A stretch of DNA of 54,973 bases. Source: Candidatus Eiseniibacteriota bacterium. Its GTDB lineage: Bacteria > Eisenbacteria > RBG-16-71-46. A program made the position numbers and the translations under genes. The DNA lies in contig JBGPFC010000028.1 of the NCBI GenBank assembly GCA_041483195.1, positions 1 through 54,973 of the forward strand. The letters are read 5' to 3'. The notes under the pieces are model-generated. The model made no database searches, was not told the DNA's origin, and saw only the letters and a program-made list of their open reading frames with translations. Below, in pieces: positions 26,352 through 35,200 of the stretch. Position 1 is the first letter of the stretch; every line of letters begins with the position of its first letter.

Positions 26352-27266
26352 ATGTCTCGGTCCAAGGCGTTCGCCCTCGTTCTCGTCACGCTCGCGCTGG
26401 GCGCGGCCGGCGCGGTGCTCGCCCAGCGCGACTTCTCGAAGGTCGAGATCAAGACCACGAAGGTGGCCGACGGGATCTACATGCTCGAGGGCGCGGGCGG
26501 CAACATCGGGGTGTGCGCGGGCGGGGACGGCACGCTGCTGATCGACGACCAGTTCGCGCCGCTCAGCGACAAGATCAAGGCGGCGGTGAAGGCGGTGAGC
26601 GACCAGCCCATTCGGTTCGTGCTCAACACCCACTGGCACGGCGATCACGTCGGCGGCAACGAGAACCTGGCGAACGACGGTGCCGTGATCGTCGCGCACG
26701 ACAACGTGCGCAAGCGCATGAGCACCGAGCAGTACGTCGCGCGGCTCAAGCAGACGATGCCGCCCGCGCCCCCGAAGGCGCTGCCGGTGACCACCTTCAA
26801 CGACAGCCTGACCTTCCATCTGAACGGCCAGGACCTGGTGTGCTTCCACGTCGCCCCGGCCCACACCGACGGCGACGTGATCGTGTGGTTCCCGAAGGCG
26901 AACGTGATCCACATGGGGGACTGCCTGTTCAACGGCATGTACCCCGTGATCGATCTCTCGTCCGGCGGATCGATCGACGGCATGATCGCGGCGGACGATC
27001 GCGTGCTGAAGGTGATCGGGCCCGACACGAAGGTCATTCCCGGCCACGGCGCGCTCGCGAGCCGCGACGATCTCCGGGCGTTCCGCGACATGCTGAGCGC
27101 CGCGCGCGACCGCGTGAAGAAGCTGATCGCGCAGAAGCAGACGCTCGATCAGGTGAAGGCCGCGAAGCCGCTCGCCGACCTCGAGCCGAAGTGGGGCGGA
27201 GGGTTCGTGAAGGCCGACGCCTTCATCGAGGTGGTGTACACGGATCTCTCGAGCCGGAAGAAGTAG
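26352..27266 (+). CDS. Secreted MBL-fold metallo-hydrolase (cyclase-like)
   Basis: Signal peptide; THWHGDH, AHTDGD, HMGD and IPGHG motifs. Confidence 0.9.
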   Translation: MSRSKAFALVLVTLALGAAGAVLAQRDFSKVEIKTTKVADGIYMLEGAGGNIGVCAGGDGTLLIDDQFAPLSDKIKAAVKAVSDQPIRFVLNTHWHGDHVGGNENLANDGAVIVAHDNVRKRMSTEQYVARLKQTMPPAPPKALPVTTFNDSLTFHLNGQDLVCFHVAPAHTDGDVIVWFPKANVIHMGDCLFNGMYPVIDLSSGGSIDGMIAADDRVLKVIGPDTKVIPGHGALASRDDLRAFRDMLSAARDRVKKLIAQKQTLDQVKAAKPLADLEPKWGGGFVKADAFIEVVYTDLSSRKK

Positions 27267-27397
27267 CGCGCGCCTCCGGCACCTCGGCTGGCGGGCCGGC
27301 GCCGCTGGAACTGCGCGCGACCCGCGTGTATTCTCGCGGCTCTCATCGACCCGCTCCGGCGCGCTCGCGCCCGGACCGTCCAACGGAGTGTCTCAAG

Positions 27398-28630
27398 GTG
27401 TGGCCAACGATCGAAGCCAAGGTCCGGCGCGGCGAGCGCCTGAGCACCGCCGAGGGCGTCCACCTGTTCTCGGACGCTCCGCTGCTCGAGCTGGGCGCGC
27501 TCGCGCAGGACGTCCGCGCGCGGAAGACCGATCCGCGGGTCGTGACGTACGTGATCGACACCAATCCCAACTACACGAACGTCTGCACGGTGGATTGCCA
27601 CTTCTGCGCGTTCTATCGCAAGCCGGGCGCGAACGCCCCTGACGCATACACCCACGATCTCGAGGGCGTCATGCGGATGATGGCGGACGCCGACCGCCTG
27701 TCCGCCACCACGGTGCTGCTCCAGGGCGGGCTCAATCCGGCGATCCCCTGGAAATTCTATCCGGCGATCGTGCGCGAGGCGCGGCGCCGCTACCCGCACA
27801 TCACGCCGCACTTCTTCTCGGCGCCCGAGATCCACCAGATGGCCGAGGTGAGCGGGCTCTCGATCCGCGGGGTGCTCGACGCGCTGGTCGAGGCGGGGCA
27901 GCGCACGCTGCCCGGCGGGGGCGCCGAGATCCTGGCGACCCGCGTGCGCAAGCGGATCTCGGTCAAGAAGGGCGGGCCCGAGGCGTGGCTCGACGTGCAC
28001 CGCGCCGCGCACCAGGCGGGCATGCGCTCGACCGCGACCATGATGTACGGGCACGTCGAGACCCCGGCCGAGATCGTCGAGCACCTCGACTACGTGCGCG
28101 CGCTGCAGGACGAGACCCGCGGCTTCACGGCGTTCGTGCCGTGGTCGTACAAGCGCGGCAACACGCCGATGGAGTCGAAGGTGCCCCACGTCGCCGGCGC
28201 CTCGATGTACCTCCGAGTGCTCGCGGGGGCGCGGCTCTACCTCGACAACTTCGACCACATCCAGGCCACCTGGTTCAGCGAGGGCAAGAAGACCGGCCAG
28301 GTCGCGCTGCACTACGGCGCCGACGACTTCGGCGGAACGCTGTTCGAAGAGAACGTGCATCTCGCGACCGGGCACCTCAACAAGACCACGGTCGCCGAGG
28401 TCGAGACGCTGATCCGCGAGTCGGGCTTCACGCCGGCGCAACGCACCACGCTCTACGAGATCCTGCGCGTGGGCGATGGACCGGAGGCGCTCGAGCATCT
28501 GAGCGACGACGTGCCGCTGTTCGTCGAGAGCCTGCGCGAGCGGCCCGCCGAGTATCCCGCCGAGCTGGAGGGCGAGGAGCAGGGCAGGCCCGCCTCGCCG
28601 GCCCGCGGCGGGCTCGTGACGCCCCGCTAG
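27398..28630 (+). CDS. mqnC: Cyclic dehypoxanthinyl futalosine synthase MqnC
   Basis: NYTNVCTVDCHFC, LLQGG, PGGGAEIL, TATMMYGH.E, F.AFVPW, HIQATW and GADDFGG match the MqnC subfamily. Confidence 0.85.
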   Translation: MWPTIEAKVRRGERLSTAEGVHLFSDAPLLELGALAQDVRARKTDPRVVTYVIDTNPNYTNVCTVDCHFCAFYRKPGANAPDAYTHDLEGVMRMMADADRLSATTVLLQGGLNPAIPWKFYPAIVREARRRYPHITPHFFSAPEIHQMAEVSGLSIRGVLDALVEAGQRTLPGGGAEILATRVRKRISVKKGGPEAWLDVHRAAHQAGMRSTATMMYGHVETPAEIVEHLDYVRALQDETRGFTAFVPWSYKRGNTPMESKVPHVAGASMYLRVLAGARLYLDNFDHIQATWFSEGKKTGQVALHYGADDFGGTLFEENVHLATGHLNKTTVAEVETLIRESGFTPAQRTTLYEILRVGDGPEALEHLSDDVPLFVESLRERPAEYPAELEGEEQGRPASPARGGLVTPR

Positions 28631-28741
28631 CCTCGCCGCGCGGCCGCGTTGCATCGCGCACGCCGGTGGAGGCCGGCTCGTGCGCTCTCCCCGGCATTCC
28701 GACATTGCCCTGTCAATTTCGGGCGCCCGCGCTCGCGAGCC

Positions 28742-28770
28742 TTGTCCGCGGGTCCGACGATCCGTACGAT
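28742..28770 (+). promoter_or_regulatory. sigma70 promoter for the first GSDH-PKD gene
   Basis: TTGTCC-17nt-TACGAT. Confidence 0.6.
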
Positions 28771-28834
28771 GTCGGGGCTCACGCAGCCACCCACCCCTCG
28801 TCCAGGCCGGCTCCACGACCCGGGAGGTTCATCC

Positions 28835-31800
28835 TTGCACGCCGTCCAGCCGCGCCGCGTGGGCCCCCGCGCGCTGGTGCTCTCCGCCATCGCGCTCGCC
28901 GCGCTCCTCCCGCGCGCCGCCGCCGCCGTGGTCACGCTCCCCACCGGGTTCACGGTCGAGGACGCGGTGCCCGGCGCCGGCTTCCTGGTGCCGACCTCGA
29001 TCGCGTTCCTGCCGGACGGCCGCATGCTGGTCGCCGAGAAGCGCGGGCGCGTGTACCTGGTCGAAAACGGAGTCAAGCGCACGACCCCGGTGTGGGCGCG
29101 CGAGAACGAGGTGCTCGACTCCGACGACCGTGGCCTGTTGTGCGTCGCGGCGGACCCGCATTACTTCGTGAACCACTTCATCTACCTGCTCTACACGGTG
29201 GACCCCGACTCGAACGGCGTCGAAACCAACAGCGACGGCTTCGGCCGGCTCACGCGCTACCGGATGAGCGTCGCGGACTCGAACGTCGTGGACGCGTCGA
29301 CCCGCACGATCTTGATGGGCGTGGACTGGAGGCACGGGGCGCTCATCGCCTCGCCGTCGCACAGCATCGGCGCGCTGCGCTGGGGAAGCGACGGCAGCCT
29401 GCTGGTCTCGGTCGGCGACGGCGCGCAGTTCAACGGCATGGACGATGGCGGCCAGGACGCCGCTGCGTTCGGCGCGAACAAGTCCGATCCCTACGAAGAC
29501 ATCGGCGCGTTTCGCTCGCAGTACATCGGGTGTCTTCCGGGCAAGCTCCTGCGCCTCGATCCGGCCACCGGTCACGGCTACCCTGGCAATCCCTACTACG
29601 ACGGCAACCCGAGCGCGCCGCGCTCCAAGATCTGGGCCTACGGCCTGCGCAATCCGTTCCGCTTCACGGTGAAGCCCGGCACCGGGAGCGCGAACCCCGC
29701 GGATGCGCAACCCGGCACCCTCTACATCGGCGACGTGGGCTGGGACACCTGGGAAGAGATGAACATCGTGAAGACCCCGGGGCAGAACTTCGGGTGGCCG
29801 TGCTACGAGGGCGCCGGCGCGGCGATCGCCTACCAGCTGGGCAATCCGTCGCACGGAGGCTGCGACTCGATCGGCACCGCGTGGAATCCGGCGCAGGTGT
29901 CGCCGCCGCTCGCGACCTGGAACCATTACGATCCCGACCTCAGTGCGCCGCCGGGCTTCATCGGCAACACATCGATCGGCGGCACGTTCTACACCGGAGG
30001 CTTCTATCCGGTCGGCTACCACAATCGCTACTTCTTCGGCGACTACGGCCAGAACTGGATCAAGGTGCTGGTCGCGGACTCGACCGACCAGCTGATCGAC
30101 ATTCTCCCGTTCGCCGACGATGCCGACGGCCCGGTGGACTTCGCCACCGATCCGGTGAGCGGCGATCTGTTCTACGTCTCGATCACGACCTTCCAGGTGC
30201 GCCGCATCCGCTGGGTGGGCGGCGTCGCGGGCGACACCCCGCCGGTCGCGAAGGCGAGCGCGTTCCCGGTGGTGGGCGTGCCGCCGCTCGGCGTGCAGTT
30301 CTCGAGCGCCGGCACCTACGACCTCGATGGCGATCCCATCACCTACAACTGGCTGTTCGGAGACGGGCAGGGCTCGACCGCGCCCAACCCGTCGCACGTC
30401 TATGCGGCCACCGGCGACTACCTCGCGGTGCTCACCGTTGACGACGGGCTCGGCGGAATCGGCAAGGACAGCGTTCTGGTGGGCGTGTCCCCCTCGTTCC
30501 ATTTCCCGAGCACCGGGATCCTCGACGACTTCAACCGCGCGGATGGCCCGGTCGGGGGCGCGTGGGTGGACGACACCGCCGGGCTCGCGATCGCCGACAG
30601 CGCGATGGTCCTCACCACCGGCTCCGCCACCACGGTGTGGAGCGAGGCTGTGTTCGACTCGGTGCAGGAGGCGTACGTGACGCTCGCGGCGGTGACGCCC
30701 AGCGCGCCCGAACAGAACCTCATGCTCAAGGTGCAGGGCCTGAGCTGGTCCGACGGCCACATCGAGGTGAAGTACGACGCGACGCAATCGCTGGTCGCGG
30801 TCTCGACCTACGCTCCCGGCGAGGGCTGGGTGGCGCGCGGCACGATCGAGCCGGTGAATCTCGAGGCGGGCGATCAATTCGGCGCGCGCGCGCAGGCCGA
30901 CGGCACGGTCGAGGTCTATCAGAACGGCGCGTTGCTCGGCACGGCGTCGGTCGCCGGATGGGAGTTCGCGGCCGGTGGTGGCCGGGTGGGGATGACGCTG
31001 TCCGACGCCAACGCGAGCCGCTTCGACGACTTCGGCGGGGGCACCTCGATTCCGAGCATCAATACGCCGCCGACCGCCATCATCCTGTCGCCTCCCGACT
31101 CGTTCTTCTACGCGGCGCCCGAGACGCTTCAGCTCAAGGCCGCGGCCACCGACGCGGAGACTGCTGCCGACTCGCTGCTCTATCACTGGTCGGTGCTCCT
31201 CCACCACAACAACCACGTGCACTTCCCGCTCGAGGCCGACGGCGATTCGACCGAGCTCATCACCCTCGATCACGACGACGGCACCGGGGTGTATTTCGAG
31301 ATCCGGCTGTTCGTCACCGACAAGGGCGGGCTGATCGACACCGCGATCGTGAACATCTTCCCCGAGGCGGATCTCGAGCCGTCCCCGGTGACGGTGATCC
31401 CCGGATCACCCGGAACCTCGGGCAGCGCGCAGTATCGCTTCGAGATCTACAACCACGGCCGGCTCCCGGCGCACCTCTCGCACTGGCAGCTGGTCGCGAA
31501 TGCCACGACGCTCGCCGAGGGCGACACCATCGTCGCCGGGCTCGACAGCGTGCGGGTCCTGCGCATCCTTCCGCAGACGCTGCCTGCCGGCAGCTACGAC
31601 CTCCGCGTGGTGGCGGACTCGCTGCGGAGCGTGGTCGAGACCGACGAGACCAACAACGCGCACACCCAGCCGATGACCGTCGTCCAAACCGACGTTGGGG
31701 TGGCGGATCTTCCGTCGCGACTCGCGCTCTCTTCGGCCTTCCCGAACCCGAGCGCCGGGGCCGTGTCGCTGGTGCTCGAGCTGCCGCGCGTCTCGACCGT

Positions 31801-31993
31801 CTCCTTCGCGGTCTACGACGTGAACGGACGCCAGGTCTACCGGGACGCTGGCCACGAGGTTGCGGCCGGGCGGTGGATGCTGAACTGGCCGGGCAAATTG
31901 CAGGGTGGAGGGCTCGCGCGGCCGGGCATCTACCTCGCGCGCGTGAGCGTGGACGGGTCGGCCTTCGCGCGGCGCTTCGCGCTGGTGCGCTGA
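28835..31993 (+). CDS. Secreted glucose/sorbosone (PQQ-type) dehydrogenase-like protein with PKD, CARDB and FlgD-Ig domains
   Basis: GGAGG precedes TTG 28835. Contains DRGLL...DP, VSVGDG, GLRNPFR, GDVGW...EE, NFGWP, PKD (W.FGDG...H.Y), CARDB (VETDETNN) and a FPNP...GIYL C-terminal domain. Confidence 0.85.
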   Translation: MHAVQPRRVGPRALVLSAIALAALLPRAAAAVVTLPTGFTVEDAVPGAGFLVPTSIAFLPDGRMLVAEKRGRVYLVENGVKRTTPVWARENEVLDSDDRGLLCVAADPHYFVNHFIYLLYTVDPDSNGVETNSDGFGRLTRYRMSVADSNVVDASTRTILMGVDWRHGALIASPSHSIGALRWGSDGSLLVSVGDGAQFNGMDDGGQDAAAFGANKSDPYEDIGAFRSQYIGCLPGKLLRLDPATGHGYPGNPYYDGNPSAPRSKIWAYGLRNPFRFTVKPGTGSANPADAQPGTLYIGDVGWDTWEEMNIVKTPGQNFGWPCYEGAGAAIAYQLGNPSHGGCDSIGTAWNPAQVSPPLATWNHYDPDLSAPPGFIGNTSIGGTFYTGGFYPVGYHNRYFFGDYGQNWIKVLVADSTDQLIDILPFADDADGPVDFATDPVSGDLFYVSITTFQVRRIRWVGGVAGDTPPVAKASAFPVVGVPPLGVQFSSAGTYDLDGDPITYNWLFGDGQGSTAPNPSHVYAATGDYLAVLTVDDGLGGIGKDSVLVGVSPSFHFPSTGILDDFNRADGPVGGAWVDDTAGLAIADSAMVLTTGSATTVWSEAVFDSVQEAYVTLAAVTPSAPEQNLMLKVQGLSWSDGHIEVKYDATQSLVAVSTYAPGEGWVARGTIEPVNLEAGDQFGARAQADGTVEVYQNGALLGTASVAGWEFAAGGGRVGMTLSDANASRFDDFGGGTSIPSINTPPTAIILSPPDSFFYAAPETLQLKAAATDAETAADSLLYHWSVLLHHNNHVHFPLEADGDSTELITLDHDDGTGVYFEIRLFVTDKGGLIDTAIVNIFPEADLEPSPVTVIPGSPGTSGSAQYRFEIYNHGRLPAHLSHWQLVANATTLAEGDTIVAGLDSVRVLRILPQTLPAGSYDLRVVADSLRSVVETDETNNAHTQPMTVVQTDVGVADLPSRLALSSAFPNPSAGAVSLVLELPRVSTVSFAVYDVNGRQVYRDAGHEVAAGRWMLNWPGKLQGGGLARPGIYLARVSVDGSAFARRFALVR

Positions 31994-32272
31994 TCCGCGC
32001 GCCGGGGTCGCGAGCGTGCGGATCCGGCCGCTCCCCCGCGAAAACGTAAACCGCGCCGACGCCGATCCCGGCCCGGCAGGGGGCGCGGAACGCGCCAGCG
32101 AGCGCCCTCCGCAGAATTGACGCGTTCGAAGTTGACGCGCGGGATTCGCTGCACCAACATTACACGCGACCTTCTGCGCGCCGCTGCCGCTGGCTGCCGG
32201 ATCGGAGTTCTCCACCCTGAGGCACGGACGCCCCGGGCCATTCTCGTCCAGAACATCATCGGAGGTGTTTCC

Positions 32273-35200
32273 TTGAGCGGCCGAATCATGCGCTGCGCCC
32301 GCCCGGGCGCCGCGGCCCTCGCGCTCGTCCTGTTCGCCTCGCCCGGCCAGGCGGTTCCCTCGGTGCCCGCCAGCTTCGTGGTCGAAGACGTGGCGCCCGG
32401 CGCGGCGCTCAACACGCCGGTCGGCATCACCTTCATGCAGGATGGCCGCATGCTCGTCGCCGAAAAGCGCGGGCGCGTCTACGCGATCAAGAACGGCAGC
32501 AAGTACCCCACGCCGATGTGGGCCGGCGAGAACGAAGTGCTCAACAACGGCGATCGCGGACTGCTGAGCGTCGCCGTGGATCCCAACTACCCGACCAATC
32601 ATTTCATCTACCTGCTCTACACGGTGGACCCCGATTCGAACGGCACCGACGACAACGTCTACGCGTTCGGGCGTCTCACGCGCTACCAGATCAGCGCCAC
32701 CGACTCCAACGTCGTCGACTACACGACGCGCACCGTGCTGATGGGCACCGACTGGCGGCATGGCCCGGCCTCGGCGTCGGATTCGCACACGATCGGTTCG
32801 CTGCGCTGGGGATCCGACGGCAGCCTGCTGGTGTCCGTCGGCGACGGCGGCCACTACGAGTACATGGACCAGGGCGGGAACGACGGGCCGCAATTCGGCG
32901 CGGCCCAGACCGATCCCAACGAGGACATCGGGGCATTCCGCGCCCAGTACATCGGCTGCCTGCCCGGCAAGATCCTCCGCATCAATCCGCTCAACGGCCA
33001 CGGCTACGCGAGCAATCCGTTCGTCAACGGCAACCTCGCGTCCTATCAGTCGCGCATCTGGGCCTACGGGCTGCGCAATCCCTACCGCTTCACGCTCAGG
33101 CCGAACACCGGGACCGCCGACACCTCGAGCGCGAGCCCCGGCACGCTCTACATCGGCGACGTGGGGTGGGTGACGTGGGAAGAGATGAACATCGCGAGGA
33201 CGCCGGGCCTCAATTTCGGGTGGCCCTGCTTCGAGGGGATCGGAGCGCAGAGCCAGTATCAGGCCGCAACGCCCGCGCACAATGGCTGCGGCTCGATGGG
33301 CACGCCGTCCAATCCCTCGTTCCAGAGCGCGCCACTTGCGACCTGGAACCACACGACCGACGCGCTCTCCGTCCCGCCCGGTTTCCACGGGAACACGTCG
33401 ATCGGCGGCGCGTTCTACACCTCGAATCAGTATCCCGCGCAATATCGCGGCCAGTATTTCTTCGGCGACTACGGACAGAGCTGGGTCAAGTGCGCCGTGG
33501 TGGACGGCAACGACAATCTCATCCAGATCCTGAACTTCGGAACGGCGATGGACGGCCCGGTGGACTTCGCGCTCGAGCCCGGCACCGGCAACATTCTCTA
33601 CGTCGCGATCAACGTCGGGCAGGTGCGGCGCATCCGCTGGACCGGGGCGGTCGGCGGAAACACCCAGCCGATCGCCAGCATCTCGGCCTCGCCGCTCGGG
33701 GGCTCGGTACCGCTCACCGTCAACTTCTCCGGCTCTGGCAGCATCGACGCGGACAACGATCCGCTGACTTACTCGTGGGCGTTCGGGGACGGGGCGACCG
33801 GCTCCGGGATCACCACCAACCACACCTACACCACCTCCGGGGCGTTCACGGCGCAGCTCACGGTGACCGACGGACGAGGCGGCCTCGATGTGAAGATCAA
33901 GACCATCATGGTCTCGCCGCCGGGCGCGGGATTCCCCAGCAGCGCGGTGCTCGACAATTTCAATCGCGCGAATGGCGCGATCGGCGGCTCGTGGGTGGAC
34001 GTGACGTCGGGGCTCTCGATCAACAGCAACGCCCTGATCCAGACCTCGTCCACCAACACGACGGTCTGGAACGGCGCCACCTTCGGGCCGAACCAGGAGG
34101 CCTACATCACGCTCGCCGCCATCACGCCCAGCTCCCCGGAGCAGAACCTGATGCTCAAGGTGCAGGGCACCTCGTGGAGCGCTGGACACATCGAGGTCGC
34201 GTACAACGCGCAGGCGGGACAGGTGTTCGTGAACACCTACGCGCCGGGCCAGGGCTGGGTGGGCCGCGGCTCGATCGCGCCGCTCTCGTTCGCCGCAGGA
34301 GACCAGTTCGGCGCGCGCGCCGATTCGGTCGGCAACCTGTTCGTCTACAAGAACGGCGTCCAGCAGGGACAGGTCGCGCTCGGGAACTGGCCGTTCATCG
34401 GAAACGGCGGGCGTCTGGGCCTCACCCTCACCGGCGCGACCACGACGCGATTCGACGATTTCGGCGGCGGCAACATGCTGATCGTGACGAACACCAAGCC
34501 GACGGCGAGCATCAGCACGCCCGTGAACAACGCGTTCTACGTCAAGGGCCAGATCGTGCTCTGCTCCGGCGACGGCACCGACGCGCAGTCGCCCTCCGAC
34601 TCGCTCCACTACGACTGGGTCGTGGATCTGCACCACAACACGCACGTGCATCCCGCGACGTTCAGCTTCAGCGGGAAGACCGGATCCTTCACTGCTGACA
34701 ACTACGACGACGGCACCGGCGTGCATCTCGAGGTCAAGCTCGCCGTCACCGATCCCGGCGGTCTCAGCGATACCGCGCGGGTCAACATCTGGCCCGAGAC
34801 GGATCTCCAGCCCTCGGCGGTCATCGTCACGCCCGATCCGCCCACCGCAACGCAGAGCGCGCAGTACGACTTCAAGCTCTACAACACCGGGCGCCTGCCG
34901 GCGCCGATCTCGCACTGGGTGCTGCGCGCCGGCAACAACCTGATCGCGCAGGGCGATACCATCGTGGCCGCGCTCGACAGCGTGACCATCAGCCGGAGCG
35001 CCGCGGCTCCCGCGGCCGGAACCTACGCGCTGCGGCTCACCGCCGATTCGGCGAACGTCGTGTTCGAGACCAACGAGTCGAACAACGCGAGCGTGCGATC
35101 GCTCACGATCAATCCGCTGCCTGGCAACCACGCGCCGACCGCGGCGGCCGCTGGCGCGCCGACCGGCGGGCTGGCGCCGCTCGCCGTCAACTTCTCGGCG

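Noticed and set aside
7681..28630. Calling the two CofH-like enzymes F420 (FO synthase) genes
   Set aside because: Their motifs fit MqnE and MqnC, mqnA and mqnD are present, and no cofG/C/D/E is seen.
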